DNA of 64,000 bases from Nanobdellota archaeon. GTDB taxonomy: Archaea; Nanobdellota; Nanobdellia; Pacearchaeales; GW2011-AR1. Location: contig JADFRY010000001.1 of assembly GCA_022561055.1 (NCBI GenBank), positions 57,025-121,024 on the forward strand. Reading direction: 5' to 3'. Under the pieces are notes generated by a model, which saw only the letters and a list, made by a program, of their open reading frames with translations, made no database searches and had not been told where the DNA came from. The translations under genes were made by a program, and so were the position numbers. This document shows, piece by piece, positions 9,355 through 19,209 of this stretch (its first letter is position 1; every line of letters starts with the position of its first letter).

Positions 9355-10299
9355 TTACAATCTGACTCTACTAAGCTTATCCATTTCTGTTATAAGCTTT
9401 TTTTCTGTTTCTTTATCAGAAGCACTATGTCCTCCTAGAGTAAAATATAACTTCGAACCTTTGATTCTTTCATGTAATGCATATGCTGATAAAGGACTAC
9501 ATACGCAATCATATCTTCCATGGACTATTGATACGGGTATTTTATTAAGCTTAGGCGCATTTTTTAAAATATAATCCTTGGGTAAGAAACATTTATGAAC
9601 TAAGTAATGAAGTTCGATTGAGGAAAACGCTTCGTATTTGATTTCTTTTAACCATTTTTTAATTTTTTTGTCAGATGGAGAGAGACATGATACTGAAAAC
9701 TCATATTCTGCCCAGGCACGCGTGAACTTTTTACGGGTTTTTTTATTTTTAGCTTTTATCATTTTGTAATAATATTCTTCTATAAGCCTTTTTTTAATAT
9801 ATTTTTTTGGGATTATAGATGTAAATTTTTTCCATGCTTCCGGAAAGATATTTCTAGATTCATAGATAAAATAATCGTTTTCTTGTTTTGATGCTAGGAA
9901 GATTCCTCCTATAACTATGCCTGCTATAGTTTTAGGATAGTTGATTGCATAAACTAACGAGAGAGTAGAGCCCCAGCTTCCTCCAAAGAGAAAGGTTTTT
10001 TTAATTTTAAGATGGTCGAGAAGTTTTTTTATATCTTTAATTAATTTTTGAGTTGTGTTATTTTTTAAAGATGCAAATGGTTTGCTTTTTCCAGATCCTC
10101 TTTGGTCAAAAGTTATAATGTTAAATACTTTCGGATTAAAAAATCTTTTATGTTTTTGGCTAAAACCTCCTCCAGGGCCACCATGGATAAAGAACACTGG
10201 CTTTCCCTTTGGATTACCGCTTAGTTCATAATAAATTTTGTGTCTGTCGCCAACATTAAGATATCCTTTTTTGTAAGTTTTTATATTTTTGTAAACCAT
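9355..10299 (-). CDS. pip: proline iminopeptidase
   Basis: HGGPGGG, FDQRGSGKS, GGSWG, GRYD, GHS catalytic motifs; ATG 10299. Confidence 0.92.
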   Translation of the reverse strand: MVYKNIKTYKKGYLNVGDRHKIYYELSGNPKGKPVFFIHGGPGGGFSQKHKRFFNPKVFNIITFDQRGSGKSKPFASLKNNTTQKLIKDIKKLLDHLKIKKTFLFGGSWGSTLSLVYAINYPKTIAGIVIGGIFLASKQENDYFIYESRNIFPEAWKKFTSIIPKKYIKKRLIEEYYYKMIKAKNKKTRKKFTRAWAEYEFSVSCLSPSDKKIKKWLKEIKYEAFSSIELHYLVHKCFLPKDYILKNAPKLNKIPVSIVHGRYDCVCSPLSAYALHERIKGSKLYFTLGGHSASDKETEKKLITEMDKLSRVRL

Positions 10300-10300
10300 A

Positions 10301-12457
10301 TTAGCCGGCAATTCCTCCGAGGGCAACTCCTGCTAAGATAGAAAGAGTGAGAATTGATAATAATGCTGTTGCTATGTAAAGTAGGATTCCTCTTTTTAAG
10401 TTTCGGGATAGTTCGTATTTTTCTCTTAGTTTGTCTTTTCCGGCATCTACTGTAACTAATGTTGCTGTCAGTATGAAAATTATTTCAACAATGTAAATTC
10501 CTATCGATACTTGTATGAAATAAGGAGGAATCATTTCTGTTATGTTGAATATATTTGTGATGTTTGCTATTGAGCCGAAGCCTGCTAATTCTTGGCCTCC
10601 TAGTCCTGCGGTTGTCAGGCCTTGTAATCTATTTAGAATCATCGTAATCATCGCTGATAGACCAACTACAATTCCTGCTAGTAAAGGTGCGAGGAAGACC
10701 ATGTTTGATTTCATGTCTGAGACTACTTCTGCCAGTAAATCACGGAGTCTTTCATTGATTTTTTGGATGTTTTTTACATACTCAGAGATTGACATTAGAC
10801 TTCTTGCCGCTATTTGAAGACCTTTTTTAACAGACTCTACTAAAATCCTCATGCTTGTTGCAATTAAGGCAGAAGGATAGTAAATTATTGCGCCTCTTCT
10901 CGGATGGAATATTGCTTTTTCTAAAGACATGCCTCGTTGTTGTATGTTTTGGCTGACTAGACTGAAGAAAGTTTGAGTTCTTTGTCCTTGAGTTAATTGA
11001 GCAATTTTTGAAAATGCGATTTCTGCAGGAGTTCCGTCGCCCAGTCTGTTTCCCAACTGGAATAATGAATTTGTGAATTCACTTTCAAGTTCTATTGTTT
11101 TATTTCTTGCTTTTATCAAGTCTCTGGTTTTCATTTTGTATGTTATTGAGAAAAATAAAGCGATTGATAAGGGGATGAAGAGACTCAGTAAGATTGCTAT
11201 TATTCCAAAAGGTCCTACCACATCGCCGTTTTGTAGTTGTTTAAAGTCAAATATTTTTAAATCTTGAAAAAATGGAAGACCGAGTTCACTGAAAGTATAA
11301 TCGCTTTGCAGGCCTAACGGGCCAGTTATAAAATCTATTTGGAATATGAATGGTAGAAATCCTAAAATTAGTAGAGGTAAGGCTATTGAGAAAGCGACAA
11401 ACCAAGGTTTTCTGGATTTGAATTTATAATATTGTGGATTTAATTCTAAGATTGAAGTTTCGCCGTAACCACCGGGTCTTTTTAGCAAGACTTCCGAAGT
11501 CATGTAAAATACGAGAAATGGTATGATTAAATTGAAGAAGATGAAGATGTGGTGCCATTGTATTAATCCGCCGAGAAGAGTCGATGCCAATGGTAAGAGA
11601 GCAAGACCGAGTGTTGGGAGAATAATTCCGAGCATGTATAAATTTGTTAGAGGACTTCTAATTTCTCTCGAATAACGGAGCATTTTTTCGTAGACGCCAT
11701 CGAGGATTACTTGTAATGCTTTTTCTAAAATCTGCACTCTTCTTGTTTCTGATGGCTCGTAAAGACTCGATTCAATTAAATGGAAGGATTCGATAAATTC
11801 TGGTGCATAATCGCGCCATGTTTCTAAGTAGTTATCGAGAGATTGTTTTATGCTTGAGAATTTGCCGACTTCAACGTCGTAAAATACTTTTTTGAAATCC
11901 AGAGAAAGCGGGGTTGGGAGATGTTGTGAGGCAAAATCTATTGCTCTTTCTAAATTTGAGGTGTGTTTCATATATACTACAAGATATAAGATTGCAGGAA
12001 CCATTTGAGAGGAGGCTTTTAGGCGCCAGGAGTTTGCCAATCTTCGCGGCATTGTATATATATAATAGAAAACAAAGAGGCTTGCTAATATCCCGAGGAA
12101 GGCGAATAAGAGTTGAATTGTTCCGGTGACTAGATATATTGCCATGGTGATTAAAATAATGCCAAAGAAAATTAGCAATAAAGAAAATACTGCGAGAGTT
12201 AGAGCTTGACTCGGAGTGACTTCTAAGTGAGCTATATCCAGATATTTTTGTACTTTTTCTTTTTCTTTTTTTGAGATTTTTATTTTTACTAAGTTTCCTA
12301 AAGTTTGAGCCCATCTTCTATAGCGCGACATTTCTGGAAGCATTTCTTGTTTGAATGTGATATACTCGCGAGAATATCTTTGGTCAGCAGAAGAAGAACG
12401 CATTTCAGTCTCTATTTTTTTACTATATTTTCTGAGAATTTCATCTGTTGTCGGCAT
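10301..12457 (-). CDS. type IV pilus membrane platform protein (TadC/T2SS-F, fused two-module type)
   Basis: Two T2SS-F-like modules with TM blocks; context with ATPase and pilins. Confidence 0.85.
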   Translation of the reverse strand: MPTTDEILRKYSKKIETEMRSSSADQRYSREYITFKQEMLPEMSRYRRWAQTLGNLVKIKISKKEKEKVQKYLDIAHLEVTPSQALTLAVFSLLLIFFGIILITMAIYLVTGTIQLLFAFLGILASLFVFYYIYTMPRRLANSWRLKASSQMVPAILYLVVYMKHTSNLERAIDFASQHLPTPLSLDFKKVFYDVEVGKFSSIKQSLDNYLETWRDYAPEFIESFHLIESSLYEPSETRRVQILEKALQVILDGVYEKMLRYSREIRSPLTNLYMLGIILPTLGLALLPLASTLLGGLIQWHHIFIFFNLIIPFLVFYMTSEVLLKRPGGYGETSILELNPQYYKFKSRKPWFVAFSIALPLLILGFLPFIFQIDFITGPLGLQSDYTFSELGLPFFQDLKIFDFKQLQNGDVVGPFGIIAILLSLFIPLSIALFFSITYKMKTRDLIKARNKTIELESEFTNSLFQLGNRLGDGTPAEIAFSKIAQLTQGQRTQTFFSLVSQNIQQRGMSLEKAIFHPRRGAIIYYPSALIATSMRILVESVKKGLQIAARSLMSISEYVKNIQKINERLRDLLAEVVSDMKSNMVFLAPLLAGIVVGLSAMITMILNRLQGLTTAGLGGQELAGFGSIANITNIFNITEMIPPYFIQVSIGIYIVEIIFILTATLVTVDAGKDKLREKYELSRNLKRGILLYIATALLSILTLSILAGVALGGIAG

Positions 12458-12597
12458 CTACAAACCTCTTTTTTATTTATTTAGTAATGAAAAGGAAAGT
12501 TATAAAGATTGCTAACGAGTTTTGTTGGAGTTTTATTGGAAATGAATGTTTTGCAGGAATGATTAGATTTATAATAATTGGATTATTTTATTATCAC

Positions 12598-12753
12598 ATG
12601 AAGAAAAAAGGGATAATTGTTGCGCAGAGTATGATTGTTTGGTGGATTCTTGCAATTCTCGGTTTAGTTGTGTTACTTATTTTGTATATGGTTTTTAGTG
12701 GGAAAGGCCAGGAGCTGATTGAGTTTTTTGAGAATGTAAGGAGGTTTAGATGA
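12598..12753 (+). CDS. small pilin-like protein (51 aa)
   Basis: MKKKG/IIVAQ then hydrophobic helix; TTTATAA box about 25 bp upstream of ATG 12598. Confidence 0.75.
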   Translation: MKKKGIIVAQSMIVWWILAILGLVVLLILYMVFSGKGQELIEFFENVRRFR

Positions 12754-13559
12754 ATAAACGGGCAATTGCAGGAATAGCTGTTGTTAGTATAATTTTAGTG
12801 GCATTTGCGTTGATTTTAGGTACAGTGATTATTTGGAAATCTTATGGTGGTTCTGGAGGTTTTATTAATATATTTAAGATTATTATTCCGAGTTTTGGGG
12901 GAGAGCAGCCGAGGGCTGAAGAAATTGTAATAATACGTTATGGTATTTTAGATGATAATGTGCAGTATTCTGAAGACGGTAGAAACTGGTTTGATTTTCC
13001 AGAATTACTCGTGGTAGATGATAAGGAATTTAAAGGAAAAGATTTAAGACAGGATTTTGAGGGTTATTATTATGGTGAAGGGAGACAGAATGAATTGCCT
13101 GTTGATATAAAACTAAGTCCAAAAGCACAGTCTGAATTTTATCCAAAGAATTTTGAAATTCCCTTTCTTAATGCCGAGATTGAAAGATTTTGCAAAGAAA
13201 AAGATGATATTAGATGTAAGCTTGGTGGTAAGAGTGTGGGTCCTTATTTTGTAAGAGTTCTTTTGAAGAATTATGCTGGAGAAAAACTTACAGATGAAAG
13301 ACCTGGAACAGATTATGGTGATTTTTTAGTAAGCCTTGATGGAAAGATTTTCTTTAGAGAATCCGGTAAGTCTGGTTCTGGAAGGAGTGAGGTTACTAAG
13401 TTAACTGATAGTCATAGGACAATTATTAATGCAGTTAGTAGTTGGAGAGAGAGTGTTTTTGAAAAGCCTATTACTATCTCAGGTTTTGGCGATTTCGAAA
13501 CTGAGAAGATCGATGATTATATTGTGGTAAATTTGAATGAACTGTTTAAGTTAAAATGA
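12750..13559 (+). CDS. pilin-like protein (class III signal peptide)
   Basis: MNKRA/IAGIAVVSIILV; ATGA overlap with previous gene. Confidence 0.75.
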   Translation: MNKRAIAGIAVVSIILVAFALILGTVIIWKSYGGSGGFINIFKIIIPSFGGEQPRAEEIVIIRYGILDDNVQYSEDGRNWFDFPELLVVDDKEFKGKDLRQDFEGYYYGEGRQNELPVDIKLSPKAQSEFYPKNFEIPFLNAEIERFCKEKDDIRCKLGGKSVGPYFVRVLLKNYAGEKLTDERPGTDYGDFLVSLDGKIFFRESGKSGSGRSEVTKLTDSHRTIINAVSSWRESVFEKPITISGFGDFETEKIDDYIVVNLNELFKLK

Positions 13560-13669
13560 AAAAAGGTCTAACTGGAGAGTCTATGACTTCAATCTTGGTA
13601 TGGATTATATTTTTTGCTTTAGCTGTGGCTGCAGTTGTTTTTTTGTTGTTGAGGAGACTCGCTTCGTAA
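13556..13669 (+). CDS. minimal pilin-like peptide (37 aa), not in ORF track
   Basis: Manual translation MKKG/LTGESMTSILVWIIFFALAVAAVVFLLLRRLAS*; ATGA overlap. Confidence 0.75.
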   Translation: MKKGLTGESMTSILVWIIFFALAVAAVVFLLLRRLAS

Positions 13670-13700
13670 TTGTTATAAACTCTGTATTATTTTAGTTCTT

Positions 13701-14732
13701 ATGGATTTTAGCAAAAAGGGGGAGCTGACATCTACGCAGATTATTGGAATCGTTTTGGCGATAGCTGGTTTCATAGTTGTTTTGATTTTTTTAGCTATTA
13801 TTTTCAAGGATAAGGGAGAAACTAATAGAGAGCTTTGTCTTCTTTCTGTTATTACGAGAGCGACAGCGCCAGATGTATTACAATATAAAATTCCTCTGAA
13901 ATGCACGACTGATAAGATTTGTATGACTAGCAAGCTATTCGGAGGAAAATGTAAGCAATTTGCAGGAGAGGAAAATGTGAGGGTTGTTAAGCTGAAAGGT
14001 AATGTTAAAGAAAAAGCAAGGATTATTGAAAGAGAATCTGCTAATGCGATGTTTGATTGTTGGAGCATGATGGGAGAAGGAAAAGTAGATTTGTTTCATA
14101 ATTTGCCTGAGAAATTTATTGGCAGTTCAGGAGAGCCAACTTGCGTTATTTGCAGTAGGGTAGCAGTGTCGGATGATGTCGATGAATTAATTCTTAAGGA
14201 AGTGGATTTAGGCGAGTATTTAAGAAAAAATCAAGTTCCTGGCTCGAGTTTAACTTACTTACAAACTTTTACTGATAGGAGTGTGAATGCTTATGCTTCT
14301 GAAGAAGGTGTTAATTTTGAGAGTCCGAATGAGAAGAATAAAGCTCCAAAAGAAATTAGGGGTTTAAGTGATAATCAAATTGCTTTTGTTTTTTCGCAGG
14401 TTAAGACTGAGAAGGTTGGAGATGTTTTGACAAGTTTGGGAGGTGCTGTTGTTGGAACCGCATTTGTGATTCCAGGGAATTTGAAAATTGCAAGAGCGCT
14501 TTTTCTTGGTCCCCAAGCTATCGTAACTGTTCTTGTTGTTGGAGGAGTAGCAGCAGCTGTTGGATTTAATGCTTATTCGGGAAGAACAGCTGCGGCTGGC
14601 TATTGCGGAAATTTTGTTAGTAATGTGGAAGAAGGCAAAGTTAGATCTGGATGTTCTTTAGTACAAGCAGTTAATTACAATGTTCAGGATATTAATGCGT
14701 TGTGTCCGAGCAATGTACAGGGAAGTCCTTAG
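13701..14732 (+). CDS. Cys-rich pilin-like protein with internal hydrophobic segments
   Basis: SKKG/ELTSTQIIGIVLAI; multiple Cys. Confidence 0.8.
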   Translation: MDFSKKGELTSTQIIGIVLAIAGFIVVLIFLAIIFKDKGETNRELCLLSVITRATAPDVLQYKIPLKCTTDKICMTSKLFGGKCKQFAGEENVRVVKLKGNVKEKARIIERESANAMFDCWSMMGEGKVDLFHNLPEKFIGSSGEPTCVICSRVAVSDDVDELILKEVDLGEYLRKNQVPGSSLTYLQTFTDRSVNAYASEEGVNFESPNEKNKAPKEIRGLSDNQIAFVFSQVKTEKVGDVLTSLGGAVVGTAFVIPGNLKIARALFLGPQAIVTVLVVGGVAAAVGFNAYSGRTAAAGYCGNFVSNVEEGKVRSGCSLVQAVNYNVQDINALCPSNVQGSP

Positions 14733-14737
14733 TTAAG

Positions 14738-15349
14738 ATGAGAAAAAAAGGAATTTTAATAAAAAACGTGATGGCGTTGGTTATCGCAGTCATCGGTCTT
14801 TTGATACTTTCTGTAGTGGTTGTTAGATTATATCAGATTAATGTAAATCAAGAGCAAGAAAATGCACGAAAGACGATTGATAATATTATGGGAAAAATTG
14901 TGCTTTTAGAGGACGGCGAGATAGGAAGGTTTGCGATTCAGGGTTTTAAAGGTTCTAAAAATTGGTATTTGGTTGGATGGGATAAAAGATTTGAAGATAG
15001 GCCTGATAAATGCTTTTTGGACAATTGTATTTGTATTTGTAAGGGGAATACCCCAACTGCTTGTCAAAGTACGGGTTTTTGTAGAAATGTAAAAAATGAG
15101 GAGGTCTTTGTTTATTCTGAATTAGTAGTTTCTGGTGTTCCGCCTGCTGGGGAGATTAGGTATCCGGCATGCATAAGTTTCTTTCCTAGTTTACAAGAGA
15201 TCCAAGTATACAAAAATATTTCTCATTTAACTATCTTCTCAGAGACAGGAGGAAGAGGTTCATGTAAAGTGATAGAAAAAAGAGGTTATTTTCCTCATTA
15301 CAGGTTTCAGTTACCTTTATATTTATTGAATTATTTTCATTTATTATGA
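14738..15349 (+). CDS. Cys-rich pilin-like protein
   Basis: MRKKG/ILIKNVMALVI from ATG 14738; PDKCFLDNCICIC. Confidence 0.8.
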   Translation: MRKKGILIKNVMALVIAVIGLLILSVVVVRLYQINVNQEQENARKTIDNIMGKIVLLEDGEIGRFAIQGFKGSKNWYLVGWDKRFEDRPDKCFLDNCICICKGNTPTACQSTGFCRNVKNEEVFVYSELVVSGVPPAGEIRYPACISFFPSLQEIQVYKNISHLTIFSETGGRGSCKVIEKRGYFPHYRFQLPLYLLNYFHLL

Positions 15350-15789
15350 ACAAAAGAGGAGAAAGCGCAGGAGATAATATTCTTTTCAATAATTTGATTT
15401 ATATGATTTTATTTATCCTATTTTTCTTGGGTATGTTTTATTATGTTTTAGGATTTCAAAATGGAGCTGCTTTATTGGAGGATTTTTATGCAAAAGAAAT
15501 TAGCAGGATGATTAACGCAGCCGAGCTAGGAACAGAAACAGAAGTTTCTTTAGACGTGACAAAGGCCACCGAAATTGCTTTTAAGAAAGGAGTCAGGAGG
15601 AGTGATATTTTTAATTTTGATAATGTCAATAATAAAGTCATAGTAAGTTTGAGACTCAATGGAGGAACCTCCTTTAATTTTTTTAATGATGTCGATGTTG
15701 TAGATTGGGATATTAAATTAGTTTCTGGAGGTATTGAAACGAATAGACTTTATTTTAAAATTGTGGAAAAGCAGAGGGAGTCAGAATAA
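15346..15789 (+). CDS. pilin-like protein
   Basis: MNKRG/ESAGD plus hydrophobic helix; EDFYAKEISRMINAA. Confidence 0.75.
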   Translation: MNKRGESAGDNILFNNLIYMILFILFFLGMFYYVLGFQNGAALLEDFYAKEISRMINAAELGTETEVSLDVTKATEIAFKKGVRRSDIFNFDNVNNKVIVSLRLNGGTSFNFFNDVDVVDWDIKLVSGGIETNRLYFKIVEKQRESE

Positions 15790-15790
15790 A

Positions 15791-16255
15791 ATGAATAGGA
15801 GTATGAATAGAAAGGGAGATGCTGGGGATTCGTTGATGTTTTTTGCATTTTTCTTTTTAATGATTATTATTGGTGGGGGTATATCTTTAGGCTTGTATGC
15901 TTTTTATGGACAAGGCCATGATTTTCGTCAAGCAGAAGCAGATGTTTTAGGAAAGAGAGTCGAGGATTGCTTCATGAAAAATGATTTTTTCGAGGCAGGA
16001 TTTAATGAAACTATTTATAAAAAGTGCGGATTTAATAAAGGAGTTATTGAAAAAGACCATCTTATTTATGTAAGAAATCAAGTGGGAAATGAGTTTTTTA
16101 TCGGCGTTTTGGATTATAAAAATCAGTGTTTTTTTAAAGGTGCTGAAAAAAATAAGAATTTTCCCAGATGTGCGAAGTTCACAATCACAAAGAGCGGACA
16201 AGAATTTGAAGTCATAGTCGGAAGTAATCAAAATTCGAGGAGCATAATATTATGA
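15791..16255 (+). CDS. pilin-like protein
   Basis: MNRKG/DAGDSLMFFAFF (ATG 15791 or 15803). Confidence 0.75.
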   Translation: MNRSMNRKGDAGDSLMFFAFFFLMIIIGGGISLGLYAFYGQGHDFRQAEADVLGKRVEDCFMKNDFFEAGFNETIYKKCGFNKGVIEKDHLIYVRNQVGNEFFIGVLDYKNQCFFKGAEKNKNFPRCAKFTITKSGQEFEVIVGSNQNSRSIIL

Positions 16256-16839
16256 GAACTAAAAAAGGACAAATTGGGCAAATTATAACAAGTTTACCAG
16301 TTATAATTTTAGTATTTATTTTAATGCTTGTTTTTGTTATTGTTTCTGCAGCTGTTTTCGGAGTTAAAGGAGATACGGTAAAATCTGAACCTTCTTTGTC
16401 GAGTAGTTTGTTGTTAAAAGAAATTGAGATCGATGGAGAAAATATTTTTGTTTTTGATGCGATTAAGAATTTTGGGGTAATCTATTCTAAAGAAGGAGTT
16501 GAAAAAAAGGATATTTTTGAGAAAGAGCTGATGAAACTTGTTGATGAAAATAAAGATTGTCTCGTTCTGTTTAAGACTGATAAAAGAAAAGATATTTTGA
16601 GTGCGTTAAGAAAAGAGAACTTTTATTCTACGAGTCTTTTTATCATGGAATATATTGATGAAGAGGCAGTGCGTTCTTCTATTTTATCTTGGACTGACGC
16701 AGAGGATAAACTTAGATATCTCGGAAACAAATTTGGTTGGCCAGGTTCATTTAACGAAGTTTCTTATGTAAAAGATGAAAAACGTTTTTTTATTTATTCA
16801 TACTATGGAAGGTGTAAGAATGGAGCTACGAATGAATAA
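16252..16839 (+). CDS. pilin-like protein
   Basis: MRTKKG/QIGQIITSLPVII. Confidence 0.8.
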   Translation: MRTKKGQIGQIITSLPVIILVFILMLVFVIVSAAVFGVKGDTVKSEPSLSSSLLLKEIEIDGENIFVFDAIKNFGVIYSKEGVEKKDIFEKELMKLVDENKDCLVLFKTDKRKDILSALRKENFYSTSLFIMEYIDEEAVRSSILSWTDAEDKLRYLGNKFGWPGSFNEVSYVKDEKRFFIYSYYGRCKNGATNE

Positions 16840-17299
16840 AAGAGGCCATATACCGACAATAATGCTTTTTTTTGGAGCTTTGATTTTGGTAATTGTAACT
16901 TTGTTTTCTTTTACTAACGTGAAAAATGAATTAGGAGGAGAGTCAGAGGATTTTAATATTTTAGTTCAGGAGATTGACTTCAAGAAGAAATATATTTCTG
17001 CTGTTTTTGAAAAGATAGTTGAGGAAGCAGTCGAGAGTACAGATAAATTAAAATTTGAGGAAAGTTTTAGTGTGACTTTTGAAAAAATAAGTGATAGAAG
17101 GGATCCGAAGGATGGCAGTTTTGGTAATTTTTTTGGCAGAATAAGAAACGAGAAATATACTATAAATAAGGAAAATGGGATTTATACTTTAACTATAGAA
17201 GATGTTTTTGTTAGCTCTAATGTCGAAAAGAATGAAATGAAAAGAACTTTTCCTCTGTCAATTAGATTTAATAAAGAAGGACTGATACAGAGGAATTGA
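16832..17299 (+). CDS. pilin-like protein
   Basis: MNKRG/HIPTIMLFFGAL from ATG 16832. Confidence 0.75.
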   Translation: MNKRGHIPTIMLFFGALILVIVTLFSFTNVKNELGGESEDFNILVQEIDFKKKYISAVFEKIVEEAVESTDKLKFEESFSVTFEKISDRRDPKDGSFGNFFGRIRNEKYTINKENGIYTLTIEDVFVSSNVEKNEMKRTFPLSIRFNKEGLIQRN

Positions 17300-17333
17300 T
17301 TTTTGGTTGTTATCAATTCTCTGTCCTTCAACT

Positions 17334-17407
17334 TCAAGAATGCTGACAATTGCATTCTTGACAGCCGTCAAGAATCTTTGATTCTTGAGGGGTCCAAACA
17401 AACACGC
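17334..17407. repeat. copy of the TCAAGAAT hairpin element
   Basis: TCAAGAATGC-N8-GCATTCTTGA, then TCAAGAATCTTTGATTCTTGA (identical to 2271-2291), then GTCCAAAC...AAACACGC. Confidence 0.85.
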
Positions 17408-17459
17408 AAGAACTTTGAGGTTTCATAAGATTTATAAATAAGGGGAGTTTGTTTAGTAT

Positions 17460-18089
17460 ATGTTTGAAAAGAGGTTGAATAAGAAAGGGCAGGAAGGTTT
17501 GACTCTGACCACTTTATTGTTGATAGTTTTAGGAATTGTCGTAGTTGTTGTCATAATTTTGGGAGCGACAGGTATATTTGGAGATATTTTTGGTAAGAGA
17601 GAAGCGTTTCCTAAAGCTTTAGAGGCAGTTACGCAATCGTGTAAACTTGCAGCACAGGTAAGTTTAATTGCAGATTATTGTTATGAGTTTAAGAAAATTA
17701 GCGATAATGAGTATATTAATTGTGAAGATCCGAGGGTTCAGAGTAGTTTGAGTGAGCAAGGGATTATAGTTGGGTTTAGTTGTGAACCTAGTCTTACGAA
17801 GGACGCAAAGAAAGGAGTCTGTTTGGATTTTAGTGCTGCTAAGCAGAAAGAGGTAAGGGTTGGTGGAAGATTCTGTTCTGACATTATAGGAAATGTTAAG
17901 TGTGATGATATTGCTATAGAGGTTCCCAATGATAATCCTAAAACGGATTCACAGTGGAGAGTGCAGGGAGCTTGCATAAAGTTAGGGCCTTCAGATTTAA
18001 ACAAATATGATGATGTAACTTATTTAGTTACTGATTTTACTGGTAGATCCAATGAAAATGATGTTTGTTGTAAGGTTACAGAACTTTAA
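17460..18089 (+). CDS. Cys-rich pilin-like protein with own promoter (candidate major pilin)
   Basis: NKKG/QEGLTLTTLLLIVLG; TTTATAAA box about 25 bp upstream. Confidence 0.8.
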   Translation: MFEKRLNKKGQEGLTLTTLLLIVLGIVVVVVIILGATGIFGDIFGKREAFPKALEAVTQSCKLAAQVSLIADYCYEFKKISDNEYINCEDPRVQSSLSEQGIIVGFSCEPSLTKDAKKGVCLDFSAAKQKEVRVGGRFCSDIIGNVKCDDIAIEVPNDNPKTDSQWRVQGACIKLGPSDLNKYDDVTYLVTDFTGRSNENDVCCKVTEL

Positions 18090-18133
18090 TTTCTTTACAA
18101 ACCAATTTAAACTCTTATTTCTATTTTTATTTC

Positions 18134-18265
18134 ATGGGAAATGATTATGGGTATCCTGAGAGAAGGAAGACTAAGAAAGATAAAAAGATGAAGCGCCGTC
18201 GTAGGGTTTATAAGAAAGGTGGGAAGTTTAGGGTGACAAAGATAAGAGAAGGATCTGAAGATTAG
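18134..18265 (+). CDS. small highly basic protein (43 aa), not in ORF track
   Basis: MGNDYGYPERRKTKKDKKMKRRRRVYKKGGKFRVTKIREGSED*; TTTAAA box about 25 bp upstream. Confidence 0.65.
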   Translation: MGNDYGYPERRKTKKDKKMKRRRRVYKKGGKFRVTKIREGSED

Positions 18266-18378
18266 CTCATCCATTAGTTCTTTATTATTGTGTTATCTTT
18301 GAATGTTGGGTTAATGGTAGTAATTAGAGATATTGATTATTAATAACTTTAATAAAGCATTTTTGTTTTAATTGATGT

Positions 18379-19206
18379 ATGGAAGAATATTATTTTTTGT
18401 TTGGGTTAGCTTTTGTTTGGATAGTTTTTGCAGTTGTGCAGGATTTGAGAACAAAAGAAATCTCAAACTGGTTGAATTTTTCTTTGATTGCTTTTGTTTT
18501 GGCTTATAGAGCTTTTTATAGTGTTTTTGTGAAAGATGTTATGTTTTTTGTTTATGGTTTTTTAGGAGTTTTATTATTTGTTGTTTTAGCGTATTCGTTT
18601 TATTATGGAAGGATTTTTGCAGGTGGAGATGCAAAGTTGTTGATGGGTTTGGGAGGTATTTTTCCTTATCAAAATTTTTATGATTATTTATATATTGGTT
18701 TTGGATTTATTTTTTTGCTTTTTACTGTTGGCGCATTTTATTCTTTAACTTACAGCCTTTTTTTAGTTAGTAAGAAAAGGAAAGTTTTTGCCAGAGAATT
18801 TAAGAAGGAGTTTATTAAAATAAAGAATTGGTTTTATTTTGCAATTATTTTAGCAGTTGTTTTCGGTGTGTTTTTTCGGTTTAATGAATTTGGAATTTTT
18901 AGTTTGAGTTTTTTGATTATTATTATTTTACCTTTTTTATATGCTTATGCCAAAGCTGTTGAGGTGGCTTGTATGATTAAACTCATTTCTCCCGGAAAAT
19001 TGAGAGAAGGCGATTGGTTGGAAAAGAATGTAAAAGTTGGGAGGAAAGTGATTAAGAAATCTGTTCATGGTTTGGCTTGGCAAGATATTGATGTATTAAG
19101 AAAAGCTAAGAAAAAAGTTTGGATAAAAGATGGTGTGCCTTTCACACCAGCATTTTTGTTTGCCTTTGTACTTTTTATCTATATTTATTTAAGGTATTTT
19201 GTGTGA
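18379..19206 (+). CDS. prepilin peptidase (A24; PibD/EppA-like)
   Basis: QDLRTKEI and AGGDAKL catalytic aspartates; C-terminal GVPFTPAF. Confidence 0.92.
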   Translation: MEEYYFLFGLAFVWIVFAVVQDLRTKEISNWLNFSLIAFVLAYRAFYSVFVKDVMFFVYGFLGVLLFVVLAYSFYYGRIFAGGDAKLLMGLGGIFPYQNFYDYLYIGFGFIFLLFTVGAFYSLTYSLFLVSKKRKVFAREFKKEFIKIKNWFYFAIILAVVFGVFFRFNEFGIFSLSFLIIIILPFLYAYAKAVEVACMIKLISPGKLREGDWLEKNVKVGRKVIKKSVHGLAWQDIDVLRKAKKKVWIKDGVPFTPAFLFAFVLFIYIYLRYFV

Positions 19207-19209
19207 TTA

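Noticed and set aside
15270-15360. Another end-duplicating insert at a pilin junction (AAAAGAGG twice, small hairpins)
   Set aside because: An 8-bp A-rich match and weak stems are within chance.
12598-18089. Archaellum
   Set aside because: No archaellin N-terminal consensus and no ArlH/F/G homologues.
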